From Patellaria atrata CBS 101060 (lineage: Eukaryota), in NCBI GenBank assembly GCA_010093705.1, contig MU006109.1, positions 1 through 64,000 of the forward strand: DNA of 64,000 bases, read 5' to 3'. The position numbers and the translations under genes were made by a program. The notes beneath the pieces were generated by a model. The model saw nothing but the letters and a program-made list of their open reading frames with translations. It was not told the DNA's origin and ran no database searches. Below, piece after piece: positions 11,877 to 22,074 of the stretch. How positions within the stretch are numbered: position 1 is the stretch's first letter; each line of letters begins with the position of its first letter.

Positions 11877-13334
11877 TTAGTAAACAAGTTTGGTAAAAGC
11901 ACGAAGTTGGACATTTTTGAGCAATGAAGTCATGACATTTGGTCTTAAGGTAAGAAAGACATAAACATCGTTTTGCTGGGATGCTGAGGGCATGATCACC
12001 GCAACCGTGTTGGAGTATGCCATAGGAACAACGAAAGCAGGTCGACCGAATCCAAAATCAACATCGTAAAAGGAGAGCCGTGACTGATTGGAGAATGCTT
12101 GACAAACGATCATAGAGTAGAGTACATTGGCCTTACGACCAACCAAATTGATGACTCTCAGTGCCCGGCGTATGAATTGCTCTACTGTCTTCTTGTCCAC
12201 ACAATCCACAGTTTCTCTGGAGATGGACGCAACTTGCGCGAGCGATTTTAGAGTGATTGAACTGAGGAGAGCGTCTCGCGGAGCCGTAACATACAGCCCG
12301 ATTGCGCAATTGCCGGCATAATGGTCAGGCATACCGATTCGACGGCGAAAGTCGCAAGGAACAATAGCACTTGCACTTTTACTACCAGAACCAAATAACT
12401 TCTTTGCAGTTTTGGCAAGAAGACTGGCTTTTGAATCTACCTCAGCACTTACCTTCTCAGTACTTTGGGAAAATGCCATGAGGAATAGTGCGGTGATGAC
12501 GTCGTTGTCTGAAACACGAAGACCATCTGGTCGAAGTCGAAATGCCTCTTCGCGTACATCGCTGAGTGTAGATCGTGGAATACGGAACATGTGACTCTCT
12601 ATGTAATCTGGTGCAGATTGTTTGGTAGAGAATAGAACATAGAGCCTCAGCAGCAGCCGTATTAACAGTGATAGAAGGACCGAGAGCCAAGTACGAGGGT
12701 CCACCGGGTTTCTATTAGGCCTAACGTCTTTCGGGAGGTATTCGTACATGACTCTACGATCGAGGATCGGTTCCACTACCATGTTAGGCATGCCTTGTCC
12801 AAGGCTTTCACGGCAATGCTCAGCCCAACAATTCATAAACGCGACGCAACCTTTCGCATCAAAAACGCTATGCGAGATACGTACTACTATGACCACGCCG
12901 CTATTCTCAGCTAGCCGGTGGACACGTACGTGAATAAGCTTTAAGACTCCCCGATAGTCCACCTGTGAGCGTGGATCGCGAATATTCATTCCCTTCGGCC
13001 ATTGTTCGCGATGAAATTGCGCCTGTTTGATGTCTTGGAAATAGACATTCTCATTCAACTCCTCATAGACGGGCATGTTCGGGTTGTTGCGGTCGACAAC
13101 AACACTCATTGCGTTCAAACCCTCCTGCGACAAAATTCCGACAAGAATTGGAAACTTTTGCAGCGCGTGATAAAATGATGTGCTGAGAGCTTCACCGGTC
13201 ATGAATGGTGGACATTTCGCTGACGGCTCGTTCTCAAAAAAGTACGCATTGGTGATATACAAATGGCTCGGAATGATGTCCAGCGGTGAAAGCATGTATC
13301 TCTTACTACTTAGGCTGCGTAAAAAATCCTCCAT
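11877..13334 (-). CDS. BAHD/transferase-family O-acetyltransferase (HelD2/FusD-like; intronless, ~485 aa)
   Basis: HSVFD (HxxxD) and DFGFG motifs. First ATG at 13334 (the ORF track starts at a TTG). Adjacent to the cyclase. Confidence 0.88.
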   Translation of the reverse strand: MEDFLRSLSSKRYMLSPLDIIPSHLYITNAYFFENEPSAKCPPFMTGEALSTSFYHALQKFPILVGILSQEGLNAMSVVVDRNNPNMPVYEELNENVYFQDIKQAQFHREQWPKGMNIRDPRSQVDYRGVLKLIHVRVHRLAENSGVVIVVRISHSVFDAKGCVAFMNCWAEHCRESLGQGMPNMVVEPILDRRVMYEYLPKDVRPNRNPVDPRTWLSVLLSLLIRLLLRLYVLFSTKQSAPDYIESHMFRIPRSTLSDVREEAFRLRPDGLRVSDNDVITALFLMAFSQSTEKVSAEVDSKASLLAKTAKKLFGSGSKSASAIVPCDFRRRIGMPDHYAGNCAIGLYVTAPRDALLSSITLKSLAQVASISRETVDCVDKKTVEQFIRRALRVINLVGRKANVLYSMIVCQAFSNQSRLSFYDVDFGFGRPAFVVPMAYSNTVAVIMPSASQQNDVYVFLTLRPNVMTSLLKNVQLRAFTKLVY

Positions 13335-13967
13335 GTTTTCGGACAATCTGAAAATGAAATGAGTGAGAAATTGGAGAACTGAAGTCGGCTATTCAGAGAT
13401 ACTGTAAGTGGTCTAAGTATTTCATATTTCCGATCATGTGATACGTATGGTAAGGAACGCATTAAACGTCGAGGTCGAGCATGGCCAAAAGTTAAGGCTA
13501 CAGCTCCATTAGCGGGATGTCAAGGTTTGGAAGCTCGGTCAGAATAAATAACAGTTGTACTAGTACTGTTTAGCTGACAAGGTATTTCGGGCGATATGAT
13601 TGTGTAATAGCTTACTAACTGGAAGGGAAAGTTTCGCGTAGCACCTTCTACAGCCTAGGTATCACAAAGCTAACACATTGGATGGAACCGCAATGTAGTT
13701 GATTGCCCACGGGATATGTGGGACCGCTTTCATCGAATAGATTTATTCTGGAACGATGATTGCAATGTATACAAATCTACGCGAATTCCAAACTCTGACT
13801 GCTTTAGATGTGTATGTATCCCATGAAAACTACACTGTTGAAAGCGTCGGCAACTTCGACAGCGACAACACAACCGAAGACAGTAGGAATGAAAGAATGA
13901 CCCGCAGGTTATAAGAAAGGAATGCAGATCGGTTAGAGAACTCTGGGTATAGAAAGCCATTTTTGGC

Positions 13968-16163
13968 TCAGTAGAGAAGCTGCTCGTTACCATACAGCTT
14001 TGCGAAACGCCCAAGAGCCGAAAGGGTAAAGTGAAACTTGTAATTAGGATATCGCATGCCGCCTGGAGGAGCAAACACTCCCTCAAGTGCACCAGGTAAC
14101 CAATCACCAGTTTGCTGCTGCTGTTCCATGAGGTACGCTATACCACGCTTTATGGCCATATGGTTGGTGCAGTTTGCCGCCATCAGACCGATGACGGCAT
14201 AAGAGGTATTTGTGACTTGACTACCAGCTGGATCTTGCACATATTGCTTCGTCCTTGCACTTTCGAGGGACTCCCCCCAACCGCCATCCGGGTTTTGATG
14301 ACTGAGTAGAAAGTTGCAGGCACTTTTGCACGCAACAGAGATTCTCTCAGAAACGTCAACACTCGCCAGTCCTTGTAGTGCAAACATTGTAGCATATGTG
14401 AAGCAGACACCCCAACTTGCAAACCAGCCGCCATTCGGGTACTGCGCGCTTAAAAGGTAGTTTACGCAGCGGTCAATACAGTTTTGAATATCATTAGTGC
14501 GATAGTCGGGGTACGCCTTGGCAAATGTCGTCAGACTTGTCATGACCGAACCGGTACACTCGGGATATAGTTGGTCTGTCATGACGTTCTCATATAATTC
14601 CGTAATATTCATGAGCTCTAGGCATAGGGGTCCACGAATCGGCTCATACGCGGAATATCCTCCGCCATTATTTTCCATCTTCAAGACAAGGTCAACCGCT
14701 TGTTTGAGCCGCTCGTCCGAGATCAGTTTGGGAACAAGTTGTGCTTGCTGAAGAAGAACAACAACCTTCACTGCTTCAGCTGTAGTGTCGGAGACGACGT
14801 ATGACTGATCACGCGTACTGAAAGGCCAGCCGCCCTTAGTAGCTTGCCTATAAACCCGGTTTAGACCGAGGGGGTTCTCGCGGATCTGCGTGTTGTCGAT
14901 GAATTCAAGTGCAGTTCGTAGAATTTCGCTGTTTTCTGGGTGAATCGCTATTTCTGAATCGATTGTGGCCTGGAGTGTGAATACGGTATCCCAAAGTGAT
15001 GTACCATTAGTACCTGATGCTGCCAGACCTTCGCGGCACATCCACATTGGATCAATGATACGCTCGCGCATGCCGCGAACCCAATGGCTGTCAGGACCGT
15101 GGGCGTGAAACATGGCAAGCATGTTAGATGCGAAGCTCACAGGTGCAATACACAAGTAGTTCGTATTGCGTACCTCGGCTTCGATCTGGAACAGAGCTTC
15201 CTCAAGTGCCCATCGACGCAGAAAAGGTAGCCTCAATCGTTCATGTATCTGAAGCATAGTTGCAACAGTACGCTGGGTAAATGTAATTGGTGCGAGGCGA
15301 TCAAATTTGCTGATATTGTTCCGTTGAGCAGGCCAGTCAATATGTTCGTAGGGTCGGTCGTAAAGTTCCCGGCGTAAGTCTCTTGTCAGATCGTTAAGTT
15401 GCATTACGAATTTATGACCATAGAAATAGCTCATGCTGATGAAAACGTTACGAGTGTGAACCCACCATTGACCTGGACTTAATGGTAACATGCTTGGTGT
15501 AAGCAACAGCTCTGGAGGTAGTGGAGTCATACCATCCCACTCGTATACTCCAAGAACGCATAGCCAGAATTTCCCCCATGTAGGAGTTGTCAGTATACCG
15601 CCCATTCTGGTCAGAGCACTGCGTGCCTTAGTCAGTACTGAATGCTTGGGTGACACTCCTAATATGCGTAGTGTGATGTAATTCATGACTGTACCAAAAA
15701 CTGTAGATGGACTTTGAATGAATAAGCCCCAGCCACCATCTTCATTAGAGACGTTCATCAGGTAACGACACATCTCTCTTCTCATGTGAGGTTCGAATGA
15801 ATTTCCCATGATAAAGTTGACAATGACAATTGCGCTCGTTACAAAGAGAGGACCGTCGTCGTTACATCCCCAATGACCATCTTGTGCCTGTAGACGTTTG
15901 AAGAATTCCCATCCGTTCTCAATAGCCTGCAATGGTCGTTGGGCCCGCGGAAGCGTAGGCATTTCAAAGGGTAAACCAAGCCAATATTTCTCGAGGAAGC
16001 TCTGAGGCTCTTCCGAGGCCTCGTCATCAGACAAATAGGTCCACATATGACGTCCATTCTCAACCCTGAGCCGCCAACGCGTAAGATCAGTTTTATACTC
16101 TCTCGCCTCCGTGGTATCAGAGAAATCGGCTCGGCCAATCGTGGAACCGTCACCTTTTATCAT
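13968..16163 (-). CDS. helA: Oxidosqualene cyclase, protostadienol synthase type (intronless, ~731 aa)
   Basis: QW repeats (QAQDGHW, QYPNGGW, QNPDGGW, QQQTGDW). Catalytic DTTAE (14775-14789) instead of DCTAE. C-terminal GVFAPPGGMRYPNY (14052-14072), the protostadienol synthase signature of HelA/AfuOSC3. First ATG at 16163. Confidence 0.93.
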   Translation of the reverse strand: MIKGDGSTIGRADFSDTTEAREYKTDLTRWRLRVENGRHMWTYLSDDEASEEPQSFLEKYWLGLPFEMPTLPRAQRPLQAIENGWEFFKRLQAQDGHWGCNDDGPLFVTSAIVIVNFIMGNSFEPHMRREMCRYLMNVSNEDGGWGLFIQSPSTVFGTVMNYITLRILGVSPKHSVLTKARSALTRMGGILTTPTWGKFWLCVLGVYEWDGMTPLPPELLLTPSMLPLSPGQWWVHTRNVFISMSYFYGHKFVMQLNDLTRDLRRELYDRPYEHIDWPAQRNNISKFDRLAPITFTQRTVATMLQIHERLRLPFLRRWALEEALFQIEAEVRNTNYLCIAPVSFASNMLAMFHAHGPDSHWVRGMRERIIDPMWMCREGLAASGTNGTSLWDTVFTLQATIDSEIAIHPENSEILRTALEFIDNTQIRENPLGLNRVYRQATKGGWPFSTRDQSYVVSDTTAEAVKVVVLLQQAQLVPKLISDERLKQAVDLVLKMENNGGGYSAYEPIRGPLCLELMNITELYENVMTDQLYPECTGSVMTSLTTFAKAYPDYRTNDIQNCIDRCVNYLLSAQYPNGGWFASWGVCFTYATMFALQGLASVDVSERISVACKSACNFLLSHQNPDGGWGESLESARTKQYVQDPAGSQVTNTSYAVIGLMAANCTNHMAIKRGIAYLMEQQQQTGDWLPGALEGVFAPPGGMRYPNYKFHFTLSALGRFAKLYGNEQLLY

Positions 16164-16660
16164 GGTCGTGATGTGATGACTCCAGTCGTTGAGATGCAAC
16201 AGAGGTAAAGGCGGCGTAGAAGAATCTACTAAATTGATATTACCGTGAGTATTAAGATGAAGGATGCGAGTAGTGATATCTTTGTACAGATAGAGGGTTA
16301 GAGGAGGATTATAGTACTGAAATGGACGACTCTAAACTTGAAAAGTAGCTATCCAGTTTAGGAATCCACCTACCCTAACATCGAATGAGATATATCATTT
16401 AGTCATCTAATGAATGAGAGCAAATGTATTTGATAGTACTAATACCACGTTTTACGCTCGGGCACGGCGCATCAGATAGAGCCGAATGAAGCATGTCAGC
16501 CTACTGATACATGGTATATCCGCCGCTATATATGTGTCCTCGAATTTCTCGCGAACCCTCGTCATACTTTTGCTATTTGATTTTATCTTTTCCGTATCGG
16601 CTTTCCCCGCCCTTATTTTCCCACTTCGTACTTTTCAAGCTCATCCGAGTATAACGTATT
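16164..16660. promoter_or_regulatory. Putative bidirectional promoter between the cyclase and the SDR
   Basis: Head-to-head genes about 500 bp apart. No specific binding site identified. Confidence 0.5.
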
Positions 16661-17440
16661 ATGCTCTCTTCCGTCAAGACTGCCATCATAACGGGCTCTG
16701 CTCAGGGCGTTGGATTTTGTATAGCTAAGGATTTAGCTAAGCGTGGATACAAGGTGGTCATCAGCGACATTGACACAGAGAAGGGATCGCAAGCTGCCAC
16801 AGAGGTCAACAAAAACCATGGTGATGGAACGGCGGTCTTCATTCCTTGCGATCTCACGCGCACCGAGGACATTGACAATTTGTTGAACAGTACGGTTGAG
16901 AAATTAGGCGGTTTTTCGGTATTGGTTAACAACGCTGGATTTTTACGGGCACCATTCTTAGCGATCTCTCCCAAGGATATTCAGGATACGATTGGAATTA
17001 ATCTTACTGCACCCATATACGCGACACAACAATGCATCAAATTGTGGAACGAGAATCCGGAACAGAATGGGCAGGTGGTCACAGTTACATCGTCATCTTC
17101 GTTTAAGACGTATGCTAGTATCTCAGCATACGGTGCTGCAAAAGCTGGTGCTGCACAGTTTACGTTCGCATCGCGCGCATTTGGACCCAGAATTCGCATC
17201 AACGCAGTTGCTCCCACCGCTATAGCGACCAATTTCGAGAACAACAAGATGCGTGTTCAAACGGACAAGGTGGGAGCGGGTTACACTCCTGAACCTGAAA
17301 TGCGGGCCATGGGTCTTAACAGGTTACAACCCGAGGATGTTGCCAACGGAGTTGTTCGGTGCATTGAGGATGATTCGATGTATGGCCAGGTCCTTTATCT
17401 TGATGCAATTGAGGGAATGAAGATCCACAGCAGCTTTTAG
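16661..17440 (+). CDS. helC: Classical short-chain dehydrogenase/reductase (HelC-like C3 dehydrogenase/C4 decarboxylase; intronless, 259 aa)
   Basis: TGSAQGVG, NNAG, catalytic Ser, YGAAK and INAVAP motifs. The helC assignment rests on context next to the protostadienol synthase. Confidence 0.8.
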   Translation: MLSSVKTAIITGSAQGVGFCIAKDLAKRGYKVVISDIDTEKGSQAATEVNKNHGDGTAVFIPCDLTRTEDIDNLLNSTVEKLGGFSVLVNNAGFLRAPFLAISPKDIQDTIGINLTAPIYATQQCIKLWNENPEQNGQVVTVTSSSSFKTYASISAYGAAKAGAAQFTFASRAFGPRIRINAVAPTAIATNFENNKMRVQTDKVGAGYTPEPEMRAMGLNRLQPEDVANGVVRCIEDDSMYGQVLYLDAIEGMKIHSSF

Positions 17441-18243
17441 TCCAGGATGTGGACACATATGGAGACACATATGGAGACACAGGATTGAGACATGATGGAA
17501 CGCAATCTTCGCTTTTCAGTGAGGGGTCGTATGTCATAAAACCAGAAAAAGAAGGTGTCATCCGTCTGGCAGAGTGAAGTGGCAAGTTCTGATATGAATT
17601 TTCGATCGCTAATAGTAGGTAGAAAGTAGATTAACTTGAAGATTTTGGAAAATGGATGTTGAGGTTGTGATAAGATTCTACTATGCTTTCCCCCATTGTG
17701 ACTAGTTCCAATCTCTTCTTTTTCAGCCGTGTACATATCAACCGACAAAATGCACCGTTGCTCTCAAGGTAACATAACTAGAGCTATTTCAATGCAATGC
17801 AGGCTATCTTACTCCCCTCGCTTTCCCTTGACTATTGCAGCTTGATTTCATTACCTATAGCAACTCTTTGCAAGGGTAAAGAGGCGAATTCAAGGTTGCA
17901 ATATCCGGTTAAGAAGACAGTGCTGTGAGATGTTCTCAAATACTCTCTAATCAATGAGATGAGATTCATAGGCATTGATATCATATAGTCAGCGGTACAA
18001 ATACATAGAATGTAAGTAAACGGTATGGTCATATTGGTCAGTTATTAGAACACACAACGATGACTGCGGCCTTGCGAACTCTTGATCCGACACAGAAGTT
18101 TCCTCACAACAATACAATTACGTGTGAACCCCCACAAGCGCAGTGATTGAGACGAGAGCCTAACTATAGAAAGAAGAATATATCGTAAGTTTTCCTATTT
18201 GCAATTCCGTGGATCTCAGCCAACCTTTACAGCGCAATCCACA

Positions 18244-19824
18244 ATGGTGGCCCTTGATGTCGACTGGTTTAACATCTTGACCGAAACTTATTCCTCTCTC
18301 AGAGACTTCGGCATCGCACGCCTTCTCACGATAATCATTGGAGTGTTGTTGGCTTTCCGCCTCGTTCATGCCTTCTTTCTCTCACCATTACGCAATGTCC
18401 CTGGGCCACTAGTTGCTCGTCTGACAGCGAAGCGCGGTGATTTGGACAACTTCTCTGGCAGAGTGGCCCAGAATGTACAGGCCGATTATGAGCGATACGG
18501 TGATATCTATGTGTACAAACCAAATGCTGTATGCATCAGTCACCCTGATGATATACGGGCTGTGTTGGGGTCACAATCGCAAGAGTTTCGGAAGGCCAAG
18601 TTTTTTGATATCTTTGACGATGGTGGTACCCCCAACATTGTGTCTCTGAGGGAACCGGAACTTGTCAGTCGTCGACGTCGTCAAATTGGTCCATTCTTCA
18701 ATTATAGCTATCTAGACAAAATGGAAAACATCATCTTGAGCAGAGGATACGAAGCCATGAAGGCGAAGTGGGATAAACTAGTCCACGACAATGACGGTCA
18801 ACCAACAGAGGTCAATTATCGTATCGACACTCAGCTAGTCACGTTTGATATCATGAGTGCCCTAGCCTTCGGTCGCGAGTTCAATTCCATAGCCAAAGGC
18901 AGTTCATCCATTACCAAGTGGACAGGAACTATAATGTCTCTTCTGGATTCCCCTTTCGTTCTCGGCCTATTATCACTACTTCCCTTCTCGCTCGTTATGC
19001 GCCCTTGGAAATATATGTATCGCGATCTTGCTGTATACAGCAAAGAGTCCATAGCCCAACGGAAAGCTGTCCTTGCTAGTAGGAGCGCAAAAAAACCTGT
19101 CGACATATTACAAGCCTTTATTGACGCAGAAGATCCTGAGTCCAAAGCGAAGATGACTCCACCGGAAGTACAAGCGGAAAGCATAATGATGATGCTCGCG
19201 GGAAGTGAAACCACTTCGTCTGCTATCATGTGGTCGTTCCATTTGCTACTACTATATCCTAAAATCCTTCAACGCGCGGTTGCCGAGGTTCGTAGTGTGT
19301 TCCCTCTAGAGCATCTTATCACTTACAAGGAAGTGCGTGATCACTTGCCTTATGTCGAAGCTTGTGTTTATGAAGCACTACGTCAATCACCTACCACGGC
19401 TGGATTGACACCACGTATCTCTTACAGTAGGGGTATATCTATACAAGGCCACTATATTCCACCAAACACTGAAATCTACGTTAACCTACGGTCTCCCAAC
19501 ATGCATAATAGTCTTTGGGAGGATCCGAATCGATTCAATCCGGAACGTTTTCTCAACGATACTGCTAAGCATGCGTTGTTTACATTCTCATACGGTCCTC
19601 GCATCTGCATCGGCCGAAATCTTGCCTGGGTCGAGATGCTAACAATTATTGCCAACACCCTCAAGGATTACGACATAGCATTACCTGAAAATAGCCTATT
19701 TAATCCAGAAAATGTTGATGCTCAAGGTCTTCCGAAGCTATTACCTTGTCGGTGTTTCATTGCATCTTTCCCAGAAAATCCAGACCGCGACTGTCGTCTA
19801 TTGATTACCAAGCGTACCGAATGA
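18244..19824 (+). CDS. Cytochrome P450, CYP5081/HelB-like (intronless, ~526 aa)
   Basis: TM helix, PLRNVPGP, AGSETT, EALR, PERF, FSYGPRICIG. First ATG at 18244. Confidence 0.9.
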   Translation: MVALDVDWFNILTETYSSLRDFGIARLLTIIIGVLLAFRLVHAFFLSPLRNVPGPLVARLTAKRGDLDNFSGRVAQNVQADYERYGDIYVYKPNAVCISHPDDIRAVLGSQSQEFRKAKFFDIFDDGGTPNIVSLREPELVSRRRRQIGPFFNYSYLDKMENIILSRGYEAMKAKWDKLVHDNDGQPTEVNYRIDTQLVTFDIMSALAFGREFNSIAKGSSSITKWTGTIMSLLDSPFVLGLLSLLPFSLVMRPWKYMYRDLAVYSKESIAQRKAVLASRSAKKPVDILQAFIDAEDPESKAKMTPPEVQAESIMMMLAGSETTSSAIMWSFHLLLLYPKILQRAVAEVRSVFPLEHLITYKEVRDHLPYVEACVYEALRQSPTTAGLTPRISYSRGISIQGHYIPPNTEIYVNLRSPNMHNSLWEDPNRFNPERFLNDTAKHALFTFSYGPRICIGRNLAWVEMLTIIANTLKDYDIALPENSLFNPENVDAQGLPKLLPCRCFIASFPENPDRDCRLLITKRTE

Positions 19825-20487
19825 GTTCCAAGTAAACTTATCTCCAACCTTTGCAGATTCATGAACAACTGACAGTTCCGAAAGTGCACCTTAAGTAATG
19901 TTAGGAGGATATAAGGTAGAGTTGAATATCATGATCTGATAGTGAGCTAGATTTTGGTGTCAAGGGTTAGAATACTTCAGTGTTCGTTATAAGAACCTTC
20001 ATCTTTAGTCGCATTGAGCTCATAATTTCGTTTTGAATAATATAATACCGCTATAGGTAATAACGCAATACCGAGGCGTTCTGACGCTGAATAAAACAGG
20101 GCGCATATGCAGGTCAAAGTCTAAGCTTGATATGCAACAACTTCCACTCTACGAGGCTGGTACAACATTTCCTTATGTAGAAATCCCCTCGAGTATCTAC
20201 CATTATATGGTGTAGAGAGTTTTTGTAATATATCTAAGCTATCCCTTTGTTTTCTTTCTTTCATTCTAAATGGTATGTAATTTTCCCCCAAACCTGGTAG
20301 TCTATGTTCTTCCATCAATTCCTTATAAGATTTCCACAACTCTATATCGACGCAATCCAATAAGTGGTAAAATGAAAAATATACTTCCGATTGTGTGATA
20401 AACTTTCAGCATTCAAGTTCCAAATTCTATTAATATCTTTATCTTTCAACTTCGTTGATCTCCAGAAAGAATTCATTATTCCAAAAA

Positions 20488-22074
20488 ATGTCGACCCCAA
20501 GCATCAATCTAGACATTTATTTTACCAAGGTCCACCATCTTATTCAAGAGTTTGGGTACATCAAATTTTTCATATCCTTGGTTTGCCTGCGGTTGATTTG
20601 GTGTATCACATACGAACTATTACTTTCTCCGTTGCGTAATATACCAGGCTCGCTTCTCGCACGTCTCTCCGCAAAACATTCGATCCTCAAACGTGTATTT
20701 GGTAATGGACCGAAATTAGTTCAGGCCGACTACGAAGCATATGGTGACATATATGTTCATAAGCCTAACGGCGTGAGCATCAGCGACCCAAAGGATATAC
20801 GAGCGATACTCGGCTCGCAAGAGTTTAGGAAGACGGCAATCTATAAGACGCTCGACATTCTCGAGAGACCTAGCGTCTTTACAAATACGGATCCCTTGCA
20901 GGCCAGTCGAAGGCGCCGACAGATAAATCCGTATCTGAATCATGGGTACTTGGGTCGGATGGAACCAACGATAATCCGTTACAGTATCATTGCAATCAAA
21001 GCGAAATGGGAAAGACTTCTCCAACAGAGTAGTAGTGAATCTGTAATTATCAACTACCGAAACGATACGCAGTACGCTACTTTTGATACCATTGGTGCAC
21101 TAGCATTTGGAAGAGAATTTAATTCACTCGTCAACGACGATCCCTTAATTATAAGGTGGATCGAGGCTACTGGTCTTTATCTAGGCCTAACTAAGAATTT
21201 CTCTATACTTAATATTTACCCCTTCTCGCTGCTAATTTCTCGGCACAAGAAGCTGTTTGAAGAATTTATCAACTATAGTAAAGAGTCGGTAAATCAACGT
21301 AAGGAGGCACTTGCTCGTAAGGGTAGTGGTGAAGTTCAAGAAGAGAAACCCATCGACTTATTGCAAGCTTTTATCGATGCTGAAGACCCAGAGTCAAAAA
21401 TTAAGATGAATCATCACGAGGTCCAGACGGAAAGTATAGCCATGCAGCTGGCGGGCAGCGAGTCAACGTCCTTTGTGACATCCTGGGTTATCCACCTACT
21501 TACCCTCTATCCACAGCATTTGAACCTAGCGGTTCAAGAGGCCCGTCAATTCCCATCTGACCAGCTTATTTGCTTTCGTCACCGAACGGAGCTACCTTAT
21601 TTGGAAGCCTGCATCTACGAGACATTACGCTATTCACCAATCACATCGGGATTCATGCCCAGGGTCTCCCACAGCAAAGGGATTAATATTCAGGGATATT
21701 ACATCCCAAGCGGTGTGGAGGTCGCGATAAATTTGATCGGTGTCCACGCAAATCCTAAGATATGGAGATCTCCACACCTCTTCGACCCAAGCCGTTTTCT
21801 TGAGGATGAAGAAGCTAAAAGGAACGTTTTTGCTTTCTCTTACGGGCACCGCAACTGTATCGGCCGGAATCTTGCCTGGGTCGAGATGCTGATTATCATT
21901 GCTAACATCCTCAAAGACTTTGATATCAGTCTCCCAGAGGATAGTGTTTACGGGCCACATAACGTAGACGAGCTTGGACGTCCTAGGATCATGGCCACGA
22001 GAAGCTCACTATTCACGACACCCAAGTACCCGGAACGCGACTGTCGTTTAGTTATTAAAAAACGCGCAGTGTAG
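20488..22074 (+). CDS. Cytochrome P450, CYP5081/HelB-like (intronless, ~528 aa)
   Basis: [34 protein letters not shown]. First ATG at 20488. Confidence 0.9.
   Translation: MSTPSINLDIYFTKVHHLIQEFGYIKFFISLVCLRLIWCITYELLLSPLRNIPGSLLARLSAKHSILKRVFGNGPKLVQADYEAYGDIYVHKPNGVSISDPKDIRAILGSQEFRKTAIYKTLDILERPSVFTNTDPLQASRRRRQINPYLNHGYLGRMEPTIIRYSIIAIKAKWERLLQQSSSESVIINYRNDTQYATFDTIGALAFGREFNSLVNDDPLIIRWIEATGLYLGLTKNFSILNIYPFSLLISRHKKLFEEFINYSKESVNQRKEALARKGSGEVQEEKPIDLLQAFIDAEDPESKIKMNHHEVQTESIAMQLAGSESTSFVTSWVIHLLTLYPQHLNLAVQEARQFPSDQLICFRHRTELPYLEACIYETLRYSPITSGFMPRVSHSKGINIQGYYIPSGVEVAINLIGVHANPKIWRSPHLFDPSRFLEDEEAKRNVFAFSYGHRNCIGRNLAWVEMLIIIANILKDFDISLPEDSVYGPHNVDELGRPRIMATRSSLFTTPKYPERDCRLVIKKRAV

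Noticed and set aside
13968..16163. Housekeeping lanosterol synthase ERG7
   Set aside because: DTTAE and APPGGMR motifs plus the surrounding tailoring genes indicate a protostadienol synthase.
5180..22074. Helvolic acid or cephalosporin P1 cluster
   Set aside because: Only one acetyltransferase, no flavin 3-ketosteroid dehydrogenase and only three CYP5081-like P450s in the window. Unlinked genes cannot be excluded.
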